DNA of 63,106 nucleotides from Histomonas meleagridis 2922-C6/04-290x. Lineage: Eukaryota; Protista; Parabasalia. The notes below the pieces were generated by a model that worked only from the letters and a program-made list of their open reading frames with translations, was not told the origin of the DNA and ran no database searches. The DNA lies in NCBI GenBank assembly GCA_020184695.1, contig JAANOX010000281.1, forward strand, positions 1-63,106, given 5' to 3'. This document shows, piece by piece, positions 11,665 to 23,026 of this stretch. Positions within the stretch are counted from its first letter, which is position 1; the number at the start of each line of letters is the position of its first letter. Made by a program: the position numbers and the translations under genes.

Positions 11665-13026
11665 ATGAGACACTTTGTGTGCATAAATATTTTTATAAAA
11701 ATGTTTGTGATTGTTGTTCCCACATCCCTTTCTTTCACTTTTTCTAAGCCACCCTCAAAAGCACCCGAACGATATGTTATCAAAAATAACCGTAATGAGG
11801 CACCCTGTACATTTATGCTTCATATCGTTGCCCTTTCGTTCGAACATAGAGTTGGAAATACAATAGATGCTGTTTATCCACCTTTTCCAGATGAACCTTA
11901 TATTTCAGAATGGAATCTTGGACTTCCATTTATTGCAATTCCAGATAAAGCTCATGATGCTTGTTCCTCAATAATCCAATTTACTCTTCCGAATCCAAAC
12001 CGCCCACTTGGGTGTGATTTTGGAATTGCTGCATATCGTGCTATTGATGCTTCTGAACTATCAAAAGATCCATCAATTATTAGAAATCAAGTACAAAAGG
12101 CTATTTGTGTTATTTCTTCTGTTCCACTTTTTGGTGAGCTCGAAAAGCCATTAAAGTCAGCATTATACGATAACTTTTCAAATTTAGTAGAAGCACTTCC
12201 AAATATCTTTAATAGTCTCAGTGGACTTGTTGAAAACCGTGTAGATTTTTCTGGTGTTTCTTATACAACACTTTTCCAAGCACTTGGTGTTAATGTGATA
12301 ACAGTTATGAAAGCATTAATGCTTCAAATGCGTGTTCTTATCTTTGCTGACAATAGTGAGATGGTTTCCAAGATGGCTGTTGCCATTGCTTCTTTATTAC
12401 CATGTTATTTATCAACTTCTAATGAAGAATTCCCATTCAATTTCCTTGCCAAAAACCAGCACAAGTTTTGTTTTGCACCATATGTTCCATTACAATTTAC
12501 CGATTCACTCAATACCAAAGACATAAAATCAGCTTTAATGGGAACATGTAGTGAATTATTTATGTTACAAAAAATTGTCGACTATGATATTCTTATCAAT
12601 TGTAAAACACTCCCAGCAACCCTTACGGGCAAAAGGTTGCAGATTTTGAGTCCTACCGAAAACGAATCAAAGTTTATGGATAACGTTCTCCGCTACATGA
12701 AGAAGAATTGGGCGAAACCAGACACTCCTGAGTGGCTCAGGCAAAAGTTTAGGGAATGGTTTAACTCACTATTTACTTCTATTCTTTGTGTGAGGCATAT
12801 CCATGAAAATGTTCCAGCATTTGCAAGAATATATTTGGATTGGGAAAATCCAAAAGAATTCTTTGGTGAAAAGTTTATCACAAAACTCCTCAGAAATAAG
12901 GACGTGGATAAGATAATTAATGAGAATAAGAAGGATATATTTGAACAAATCAACGAAATATTATTGAAAAAGAAAGTAACTGTGTTGGGTGAACTCTTCA
13001 AAAAAATTAAAAAAGAATTGTTTTAA
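11665..13026 (+). CDS. AVL9/DENN-like domain protein
   Basis: HIVALSFEHRVGNTIDAVYP and LPFIAIPDKAH resemble the AVL9/DENND6 N-terminus; true start probably downstream. Confidence 0.7.
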   Translation: MRHFVCINIFIKMFVIVVPTSLSFTFSKPPSKAPERYVIKNNRNEAPCTFMLHIVALSFEHRVGNTIDAVYPPFPDEPYISEWNLGLPFIAIPDKAHDACSSIIQFTLPNPNRPLGCDFGIAAYRAIDASELSKDPSIIRNQVQKAICVISSVPLFGELEKPLKSALYDNFSNLVEALPNIFNSLSGLVENRVDFSGVSYTTLFQALGVNVITVMKALMLQMRVLIFADNSEMVSKMAVAIASLLPCYLSTSNEEFPFNFLAKNQHKFCFAPYVPLQFTDSLNTKDIKSALMGTCSELFMLQKIVDYDILINCKTLPATLTGKRLQILSPTENESKFMDNVLRYMKKNWAKPDTPEWLRQKFREWFNSLFTSILCVRHIHENVPAFARIYLDWENPKEFFGEKFITKLLRNKDVDKIINENKKDIFEQINEILLKKKVTVLGELFKKIKKELF

Positions 13027-13221
13027 ATGTATTTTTAGTAAAAAAAAGATGTTGATAAGAAAAATTATTTGTGGATTTGAAGACTGTGATGTTAGTTGAT
13101 TTGTAAAAAGCTCAGAAGATCTTTATTCCTCAAACCAATCAGTCGGGGAAAGAATAAGTCTCATCATGAGCAAGAAACATACTTTATTTTCCTTATGGAA
13201 GAATGGCCAAGGTCGTGAAAA

Positions 13222-14247
13222 GTGACAAACTGCTGTCCTGGAACGTTAACGTTAACGGTTTCTTTTGGGATGGAAACAGAACCTTTCCTCAAAGATTCAC
13301 CTAGTTTCGATGATGTACCTCCGCGAACAAAATGGTCAAAAGTATGTTGTTTTTTCTGGATGGCTGAAAATTCATATGATTTTAGATTCAGATATATTTC
13401 ACTTAAATTTTTCCCTGTTTACCCAGAACTTGCTCTTTACTTCTACATGATTTATGCATGGATTCATGATATGAGACCTCTTTGTGACAGTATTCAAAAA
13501 TCCCAAGCATTTTTTATTTTCTATATCTTCTTATATATATCAAGTTTAATTTGTTTCTTTTGCGCTTACTGTATGGATCCTGGGTATTTACCGTATTTCT
13601 TTTCTAAAACAAACAAAAAAAAATTTACACTTGATGAAATCAAAGAAGGAACTGCCACTCGACAAGATCAAATTCAGTGGGCTAAAGAGCAGCCACGTCC
13701 AAACAGATGTTCATTTTCAAGTACACAAGGTCGATATATTCTTCGAGCCGATCATAATTGTGTGTATATTGGCAATTGGGTAGGTCTCCATAACCACCGT
13801 TATTTTCTTCTTGCTATTTTTTATATGGGTATTTGTGTTCTTTACTATTTTATTTGTGTTTGGATACTATTTTTCCGTGGGATATTTCCATTCAGATGGT
13901 ACACATTCATCATCCACATTGGAATATCCGGGGCATTCGCATTTCTTTTATTGAATAACTTAAAGAACCAAATGACATTTTTCTACTTTGGTATCACTGG
14001 ATTGGAATATCTGAAAAAATCAAATGATAATTATAACAAAGGACTTATCGGAAATTTAGAAGAAATATGCGGATCAAGAAAATATTTGTTTCTTTGGCTG
14101 TTGCCAATTCCATTACCAAACCCACAAGACGGATTTTCGTTCCAGAAAATTGATGACGGAAATGGGGATTATAGTTCTGAGAAAGAGTTGTTCGAAAATG
14201 AAGCAATTAAAAGAATGAACCCTCTGTCATTTATGCAAAATTATTGA
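13222..14247 (+). CDS. DHHC-family palmitoyltransferase-like protein with DHNC motif
   Basis: LRADHNCVYIGNWVGLHNHRYF, DPGY motif, four TM segments, NYNKG..GNL.E C-terminal motif. Confidence 0.8.
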   Translation: MTNCCPGTLTLTVSFGMETEPFLKDSPSFDDVPPRTKWSKVCCFFWMAENSYDFRFRYISLKFFPVYPELALYFYMIYAWIHDMRPLCDSIQKSQAFFIFYIFLYISSLICFFCAYCMDPGYLPYFFSKTNKKKFTLDEIKEGTATRQDQIQWAKEQPRPNRCSFSSTQGRYILRADHNCVYIGNWVGLHNHRYFLLAIFYMGICVLYYFICVWILFFRGIFPFRWYTFIIHIGISGAFAFLLLNNLKNQMTFFYFGITGLEYLKKSNDNYNKGLIGNLEEICGSRKYLFLWLLPIPLPNPQDGFSFQKIDDGNGDYSSEKELFENEAIKRMNPLSFMQNY

Positions 14248-14942
14248 TTATAAAATTTCATATATAATATATTTTATATATATATATAAATATAAATAAT
14301 AAATTTCATATTAAGTATTCTCTTTTATGGTAAGCATTTTTTTTATTGAAAACTTTTTTCACAATACACCTTATAAATTTTTTTTTCTGCTTTATAAACA
14401 AAACAAGATTGAATTTTTTTATTCAATTTTGATCAATGCAAAACGACAATTATCACATTCAATTTTTTTGATTTAATTTTATATGATACAAAACGGCACT
14501 CATTTTATTCAATTTTGGTAATTTTATTTCACTTGGCGTAAACGGTCATTAATCGAAAAAAAAAATTGAAAGTATAAACTATACAATAATTCAATGAAAA
14601 CGACCGTTATGCCCTGGTACGATTTCATACAAATATTTTGTATTATGGGACTAAAAATAATAAGGTGTACTCAATAGATTTCCATTAAATGTTAAGAGTG
14701 AATAATACTATGAACAATAATTAATTTTTTGTTGTTATGAATTTTTCATCATTTTTTTCACAAAAATTATCATCAAATTATATGAAAATCATACAATGAA
14801 ATATGATATAAAATATTATATTTATCAAATTTTGATTCATATAATAATAATAATATTAATCAAATTTAATGCGTTAACAATAACATATGAAAACAAAGTG
14901 AATTTAGGAAATGTTTATTTCAATATTTAAATATTACCTCTT

Positions 14943-17098
14943 TTATCCTTGAGAATCTTTTAATTTTATTATGTCGTCACATTTATGATGTTGAATTTTG
15001 TCTGCAAATAATCGAATAATTTCTGCATTTTTCTTTTCTGATGATATCATAAGCGCTGTTTTTTTTGTTTATAAGTAATTCTAAATGTTTATATGAAATT
15101 TCATATTTTTTCAAAATATTATAAATAAAACAAATAAATATCTTTAGCATTGATATCAATTCCTTCTTGTTCAAGAAGTAATTTAACTATTTCTGTATGA
15201 CAATTCCAAGATGCTAAAATAAGTGCTGTATTAAATAATTTAAATAATTTCCAAATATTATTTTCAAATAGAAAATTATTAATATAAATTTTAGATAAAA
15301 CAAATAAATATCTTTAGCATGAATATCAATTCCTTCTTGTTCAAGAAGTAATTTAACTATTTCTGTATGACAATTCCAAGATGCTAACATAAGTGCTGTC
15401 CAAAATAATTTAAATAATTTCCAAATATTATATTATATTATCAAATCATTGAAATAAATATTAAAATAAACAAATAAATATCTTTAGCATGAATATCAAT
15501 TCCTTCTTGTTCAAGAAGTAATTTAACTATTTCTGTATGACCATTCCAAGATGCTAAAATAAGTGCTGTATTAAATAATTTAAATAATTTCCAAATATTA
15601 TTTTCAAATAGAAAATTATTAATATAATTTTCATTTTTAGCATTAATATCAATTCCTTCTTGTTCAAGAAGTAATTTAACTATTTCTGTATAACCTTCAT
15701 CAGATGCTAAAATAAGTGCTGTATTAAATAATTTAAATAATTTCCAAATATTATTTTGAAATATAAAATTATTAAAATAAATTTCATTTTTAGCATTAAT
15801 ATCAATTCCTTCTTGTTCAAGAAGTAATTTAACTATTTCTGTATAACCATTTTTTGAAGCATTTGTTAGTACTAAAAATATTTAAAAAAAAATTAAAAAT
15901 TTTTATGAAACAATGAAATATTTTAATAAAAATCTAAAGAAATAAGCAAAAAATCTTGCTAAGATCAATGTATCTATTGTTAATTAAATAGTTATAAAGT
16001 TCCACATTTCCAGAAAAACCCGAAATTTTCAAAAAATCAATAGGAATATGATTACTTTCGAGAAAATATTGAGTAATATATAAATTCCCTGTTATGATTG
16101 AAGCAATGAGAATATTTTCATTTATTTTTCATTCCTTCTTTAAGTAAAAATGATAAAAGTTCATAATTATCATGTAAAACACATTTTGTTCCTAATTCTT
16201 CTAAATTCTTAATTTCTTTTAACTTATTATCATAAAAATATTTAAAGATATCATTTCGATGAAATTCTATCGCTACTTCATATGCATCTTCAAATGTTGA
16301 ATGATTTTGTTCACATAAATGAATAATTTCTTCATTTCCACCTGCAATTGCATATTTACCTGTATTATTTACATTTACATTATTCATAAGTAAATATTTA
16401 AAACATTTAATTGAAGAAAAAAATGCTGCATAATCAATTAATGTAACATTTTTATGATTAACAAATGAATATCTTTCATAAAGTGATTTTGGAATTGTTT
16501 GATTAAAATCGAAGTTTGCTTGTGATGATATTTCTTGAAGTTTTTCTATTTCATCATTCCGAATTATTTTCGCAATTTCATTCTAATTTATTCCTTCTTT
16601 AACATATTTCTGATGAAGTTCCCAATTATTCGCTTTAAGTTTTTCAAGGTTATTGGAGAAATATTCAGAAAATTGATAACGATGGTTTAAAACGAAATGT
16701 GCTTTAAAATGTGAAAAAAATAAATTTTTCATATTTTTAGTAATCGATGAGTTAATTAAACCTTTTTCTATCAACTTTCCGATAAGATAATTAGATTCTT
16801 GTGAGTTATTTTTCAGAAGGAATTGAGAAAAAATGTCAATTATTTTAACTTGATTTTTATTTACATCTCGTTCAATTAAATTCAAAAACTCAATAATTAT
16901 ATCTATATTTTTCAGTCTTGTTACAAACAAAGTGTAAATGAAACGGCAGATGATCAAGTTGAATGAATACGTTCGTGAATTATCATAAAATTCGCGTAAT
17001 GAAGAAACAGATGTATCAAGATTGTTTGTATTTATGTTATAAATTATTTCTGTAAGTGCAATTAAGTCTGGAAAGGAATTTATCTTTGATGTGCTCAT
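14943..17098 (-). pseudogene. DUF3447 + ankyrin gene (locus C), disrupted, with 17+3 spacers
   Basis: Core GIN*NEIAKIIRNDEIEKLQ...IDYAAFFSSIKCFKYLL with an in-frame TAG at 16583-16585 and a frameshift near 16125; 5-6 ankyrin units at 14950-15870. Confidence 0.8.
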
Positions 17099-17986
17099 TC
17101 CAATGCTTTAAATAACACTGGAAAAAATTTTAATGGACATGTGATATGAATTTTTATATTAAATAATAATAAATAAAAACATAGAATGAACTTCATGATG
17201 AAATCCATTCACATCTTTAATTTTATTTGGAATACTTAAATTTTGAATTAGGTTAATAGGTAATATATGCCATCTATATATTTGAAATTTTTTGAGTTAA
17301 TTAATATTTTCGATAGATTTGAGAAGAATTTAATATCAAGATTTTATATAATTAAATAAAATAAATGATATTTCATCATTGCCCAAATAATTTCTGAATT
17401 TTTAATTTCTTAATAGATCAAGATATTATTCTTAGTTTTTTATTAACCATAGATGCAACTATGTATTTATATATTATATATCCATAAATATCAAGGTTGT
17501 AGGAAGATCGCTATATACGATTATAATCCGATTATAAGTTATTGATATCATTTTACATGTTCAAACGGTTCGAAGTCAAATTTGAATGAGTGGACGAATA
17601 AAAATCACTCAATCAGCTCGTATCGTTCAAGAATAAAGCTTGCTCAAGAAACCGTGGTATTGAATCATATTCGAAAAAATAGAGAAATCGACATTATTAC
17701 ATAGAATGTCAAATAAATTGAAAAATGTAATATATTTGAAATTTGAAAGAACGTGAGTAAAATGAGATAGAAGGAATCGATAAATGTATATGAAGTCAGT
17801 AATTTATAGATAATTTGCAAATTATTTGTATCGATATTTACTCGATAAAATTGAACATTTTGCTAAAATATAGTGTACTCAAAAACGGTTGAAACGATAG
17901 GATTCAAAAACTTGTGTTTGATGATATGAAGCGGTTTATCATTTGACTTTTTCTATTATATCGCGTCAACAGATTTTTAGCATAGA

Positions 17987-18738
17987 ATGTTTATTCAATA
18001 TTTGAGAACTGTATTTTCTTGGTTGGAAAAGTGTCATAAAAGTCATTTTGGCATTGATTCGATCAATCGAGCTTTTGCAAAAGCTCTTAATAACCAATTA
18101 TTCAAAAAGATTATCCATAATATGATATATAAGACCTCTAAAAGTGATTCTCTTATGAAATATACAAAACCGAGTCAAGTTCCTCAAAAACAACTTTGCC
18201 GATACGAAGCCGATAACCCCGATTTAATATGGCATATGAACCTTCACCACTTTGGTGGTCAATATCTTATAGCATTTATTGATGACTATTCGAGGTATGT
18301 TGTTCATCATGAATTGATTCCAACGAAAGATTCCGACGTTCTTAAAACCGTTCTCGAAATCGCAATTCAATATCATAACCGTCCATATTGTATATGGACC
18401 GATAATGGTACTGAATTTAAAGGTCATTTTAAAGAATTTTGTGATACCAATGGGATAAAAATTGTTCTAACACAAGTAAAGAATCCCCAGCAAAACGGCA
18501 AATGCGAACGGTTTTGGAGTACAGCGGATAACTGTACTACACCTGAAGAATTAAGAAATTGGGTAACGGTCTACAACGATATGCCGCATATGGGTCTCCC
18601 TTAAATAACCGTCGAAGGAAGAAAAACCCACATGACTCTTATTCAGCGATACAATCAAGGAAACCACTGGAACCCTACAATTCCCCCAATGTGGACTGTT
18701 GATGGTCAAACAAAACCATTCAATCCACCATATTGAAT
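17987..18738 (+). mobile_element. Decayed rve/IS481-like integrase (IS481EU-like transposase)
   Basis: LIWHMNL, AFIDDYSRY, IWTDNGTEF, NPQQNGKCERF motifs. The first catalytic D reads N; premature TAA at 18602, and the frame continues to ~18738. Confidence 0.8.
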
Positions 18739-18859
18739 AAACCGAAAGGTTTAATTTTTTTTATGATGACTGTTAATAAATTTTCTACAAATTATTAAGA
18801 AATTATAATTGTTTGGTTGTTTATAATGAAATATTTTTGCGAGTGCCGAAGGCACGAGC

Positions 18860-18918
18860 GGTTTTGATCGTCATACATTGAAAAAGCAAAACTTTTTCAA
18901 TGTATGACGATCAAAACC
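18860..18918. repeat. Perfect 27-bp inverted repeat with 5-nt loop
   Basis: GGTTTTGATCGTCATACATTGAAAAAG-CAAAA-CTTTTTCAATGTATGACGATCAAAACC. Confidence 0.95.
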
Positions 18919-20114
18919 TTTCATTGTTCTATTATGAGTTTTATTGTAAAAGATATTCAATACTTTATACCGAAATTGAATAATTTCGAATGTTTTCTGT
19001 CCAGCTGGTAGACACATCAAATTCATTGACACTTTTGCCATCGATAAAGAGACCAAATATACATTTAAATTATTTTAAATAGTTTATTTACAAAAATTGA
19101 ATAATTTCGAATCTTTTCTGTTTATTCGGTGAACAGCAAAGAAACAAAATTCACATTGTATGCATATACAGCCAAACAAAGCCTTGTCAATTCAAATATG
19201 GAGGACCATTTATGTATTCAATCAGACTTTTTGAATACTTTACACAGAAATTGAATAATTTCAAATGTTTTCCGTCCATAACAAAAATCGTTTTGTTCAG
19301 AAATATATATATAGTTTGTACCAAAATATTTAAAAAATGGACTCATACAGAAACTATTATATTGATTCTAAATTATTAATCAGGTTAAAAATAAGTACAT
19401 CATTAAGGTATTACGAAAATTATCACATCATTCATTTTTTCAATAAATACATAAATTCAAGAAAATCAAGATTTCATATAATTATATAAAATAAATAACA
19501 AATCACGATTCTATGATAAAATATCATTATTTTTATTTATTTAACAAACCAAGAATCATTTAACTTGGCTGTTGACAGATTACAATGATGTAAATAACCT
19601 ATCTTTTCGAGGAAAGGGTAAAATTTTGATAATGTTTACCATCATTCAAATTTGCTCCTATCGTTCAGCATAAACCATGCAAAAGTCGATTTTTGTCACT
19701 TTTTGAAATGAAAGAATAGATTTATCTCGTGCTAATTATGATATTATTCTTAGATTTATATTAATCATAGATGCAACTATGTATATATATTATATTCATG
19801 ATATCAAGATCGTAGGATGATCATTATATACGATGGGTGGAAATCGCAAGTCGAGTTTAATATATTGTATTAATTGAAACGTTTAAATACGTTAAAGTAC
19901 TTTTGCTGATGTCACACATTTTCACTTATGTTCATTGTGATAAATGCCAACGGATAAAGAATGTATTCCCCAGATGGACGTCGAAAAACCAAACACCAGG
20001 GCTATCATAATATGATGTTAAAAACAAATTCAAACCCCTATGTCCAGGTAAAAAGAGGCCGTTTATGTGCAAACGAAGATAGTCAATTGATATCTGTGGT
20101 CACAGGAACAAAAA

Positions 20115-21704
20115 ATGGAAGAAGACGAAGTTGTAGCACTTCATCACCTCTTTGAAGCAGCTCGCCCAAAGTCTGTGAAAGGAGAACAATTAGAAGAAGC
20201 ACTTGAGGCTCTTTATAATGAAGCGCTAAAAAATTTCCAAAAATTATTAAAAAGACCAGACGGATCAAGAATTTTCCAACTAATTTTCCGTCGTGGCAAA
20301 GATAAGCTTCGAACAAAATTTTTAGAAGAATTAAAGCCATACATTTATGAAGCAGCCACTGTAAAATATTCCAAATATATCATAATTACTATTATTAAAA
20401 GAGGCAATGCTAAACAAAGAGGTTTTATTTTCGATAATTTGAAAGGAAAATTCGATCTCATGTTATCACATCTTGTTGGCCGTGATGTCCTTGAAGTTCT
20501 TTACGAAAACACAACAGCAGAACAGAAAAACAGAATGATGCTTGACTTTTTTGGCCCAGAATGGAAGAACTCAAAAGTTATAAAAACATTTGATGAAATT
20601 TGTGAAGCTGGAGGTACTACGAAAACAGCTGCAATTACTTCATTGACTAATTGCGTCAAGAAAGCAATCGATAAACAATGCGGCCATCTTCGAATAACAC
20701 AGAAATTGATGATGTTGTTAGGTAAACAATCACCAGAAGCGCTTCGTCAATTCGCAACAGATTTCAAAGAATTTGCTTTTACGAACGAAGGATCTCAAGT
20801 TGCCATCATTGCATTAAATCAAGCAAAAGATAATGAAGTCAGAATTGCACTCAAATTGATTGAAGATGTTCCTCGAGTTACTGTCATTCAGGACCAAGGA
20901 AAAGAAGCTGGAGGGGAAGAAGGCGAAGTAAATGAAGAGGAAGATGTTGAAGATGTCGATGATGATGAAATGGAAGAAGATAAAGCTGAGCCAACCGAAG
21001 TCCCATCAACTAAAACAGCAGCTATTGCAATTGATCACTTTGGATGGAGGACTCTTTCATGTGCCATTTCTCATCTCAAAGATCTCCAAGTTCTTAAAGA
21101 CGAGATATTTCCAAATCTTATTCAAGATTGGGCGTTCATTAAATCGTCACAGTTTAGTCATAAGGTGTTACTAAGACTCATTTCAGTTGTTCCATCGGTA
21201 TTTAACGGTCTTCAGTTCCAAGAGGAAACCGTTAACGATGATGTGGTTGAGTTAACGGTCGACACTTTTCTCCCATATGTTATCAGAGATATAGATTCGT
21301 TTGGAATGAATCAAGACGGTTCAACTTTTGCTGCTACAATGCTTAATATCCTCAAAGGAAGGAAAGAATTCGGGCAGCTACTTGATGCAATTATTACAGA
21401 AGAACATATTGTCGACAAAGTCCTCCACAAACTTGTAAAGAAGACAATACAAATTGTTGGAGCTGAGGCAGCCGATAAGGCTCTCGAAAAGATAGAGAGT
21501 GTCGGATTAGGAGATGTATTAAAAACACCTGGCGCATGGATCGTGGTAGAGCTAGCAAGGAATGACAAAGACCTTGAAAATAGGGCAAAGGAAATAATAA
21601 AAACGGAAAAGATCGAAGGGCCTGCAATTCAGAAGATAATTCATCCATCTAATACAGAAGCGCCAGTAAAGCCAAAGAGGCGGAATATTCGACGCAATAA
21701 ATAA
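20115..21704 (+). CDS. PUF6: Pumilio-like nucleolar protein (PUF6/PUM3, CPL domain)
   Basis: Pumilio-type repeats (SRIFQLIFRRG, SKYIIITIIKRG, LVGRDVLEVLY), acidic insert, FSHKVLLRLI CPL-like segment. Confidence 0.7.
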   Translation: MEEDEVVALHHLFEAARPKSVKGEQLEEALEALYNEALKNFQKLLKRPDGSRIFQLIFRRGKDKLRTKFLEELKPYIYEAATVKYSKYIIITIIKRGNAKQRGFIFDNLKGKFDLMLSHLVGRDVLEVLYENTTAEQKNRMMLDFFGPEWKNSKVIKTFDEICEAGGTTKTAAITSLTNCVKKAIDKQCGHLRITQKLMMLLGKQSPEALRQFATDFKEFAFTNEGSQVAIIALNQAKDNEVRIALKLIEDVPRVTVIQDQGKEAGGEEGEVNEEEDVEDVDDDEMEEDKAEPTEVPSTKTAAIAIDHFGWRTLSCAISHLKDLQVLKDEIFPNLIQDWAFIKSSQFSHKVLLRLISVVPSVFNGLQFQEETVNDDVVELTVDTFLPYVIRDIDSFGMNQDGSTFAATMLNILKGRKEFGQLLDAIITEEHIVDKVLHKLVKKTIQIVGAEAADKALEKIESVGLGDVLKTPGAWIVVELARNDKDLENRAKEIIKTEKIEGPAIQKIIHPSNTEAPVKPKRRNIRRNK

Positions 21705-21984
21705 AGATTTATAAATTCTTTATAATTAATTCTTTAGTTGAACAAATCAATTGAATATAAATTTTTTTTGAAAATAAAGTATTATTAGCTGTTAATGCAT
21801 ATGTGCACATTTAATGTCAAAAGTTGACATCAAAGATACGTAAGGTGCACTATTCATTTGATGACCTAACGAATAAAAATTAATATAAAAACACAAAGCT
21901 TGAGTTTAACGGTTAACGTTCGAATAACCGCAGTGTTTGAATACTGCAAATTGAATGGGTGTGGTTGGCCTTTCTTTTTCTCGA

Positions 21985-22431
21985 ATGATTGGAGCTGGCA
22001 AAGGTAATTCTGTAAATGTTCGCGATGTTGCAGCTAATGTCTATATCGAAACACTCTCAAAATTCTTCGAAACAAATCATCTTATCGAAGCACCAAAATG
22101 GGCTGATTTGGTTAAGACAGGTCATCTCAAGCAAATGCCACCATGCTTAATCAACTGGTGGTACACTCGTGCTGCTGCTGTTGCTCGCACAGTTTATCTT
22201 CATCCAGGAACCAGTGTTCAATATCTTCGTAACAAGTTTGGAGGAAATAAAAACTATGGTTCTGCTCCAAGACACTTTGCTCAAGCTAGTGGTAAGGTTG
22301 TTCGTACCATGCTCAAGCAATTGGAAGAAATCGGTTATGTCAAAAAGGACGAAAAAGGCGGTCGTGTTATCACACCAAAAGGCCAAAAGCAACTTGACCT
22401 TATTGCTAAAGAGGTTCATTCCAAACAATAA
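21985..22431 (+). CDS. RPS19: 40S ribosomal protein S19 (eS19)
   Basis: VRDV..., PKWADLVKTG, NWWYTRAAAVAR, GGRVITPKGQKQLD; ATG at 21985. Confidence 0.95.
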   Translation: MIGAGKGNSVNVRDVAANVYIETLSKFFETNHLIEAPKWADLVKTGHLKQMPPCLINWWYTRAAAVARTVYLHPGTSVQYLRNKFGGNKNYGSAPRHFAQASGKVVRTMLKQLEEIGYVKKDEKGGRVITPKGQKQLDLIAKEVHSKQ

Positions 22432-23026
22432 ATAATCACATATAACATTTTTTATTTCTGTCTCCTCGACCCTTTTCACAGATATTGAATTGTTTGAATA
22501 AACCATTTAAATTCAATTTGTGTGATTTAACGTTCTCCGTTTTAAAACGAATTTATCTTCATCCCAAATATGTTAATAGAGTCTATATTTAGAACATATG
22601 CTCACAAAATGTATTGTATTAAAGAAGCATAATAGTGTTTAGAAAAAAGAATGAATATTCATTATTTTTATAAAATGTTTTGTGAAATTTTATAAATTAC
22701 ATTATGTATATGCATAAATATCATATCTTAATTATTGTGTTAAAGTTAATTTTTGATAAATAACATGTATAATTCTCTGATGATGAATTTTTTATGATTA
22801 CAGTTTCATTAAATTAAGTTTTTCAAGATATTTCTTTGTACGATGTTTTAGTAAAGATTTCTTGTACCCGGATGTATATTAACTCTTATTATCAAAGTTA
22901 AGTTGAAAAAATAGTTTTCGATTCACTCAATTTAACAATGATAAAATCATTTCCAACTCTTTGATCATCATAATTTCCATTATCAGACAATGAAAAAATT
23001 CATTTAAATATACATATAACATTTAT

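Noticed and set aside
19944-20115. N-terminal extension of PUF6 via a frameshift in an A-run
   Set aside because: The upstream peptide has no recognisable similarity, and the ATG at 20115 is an adequate start.
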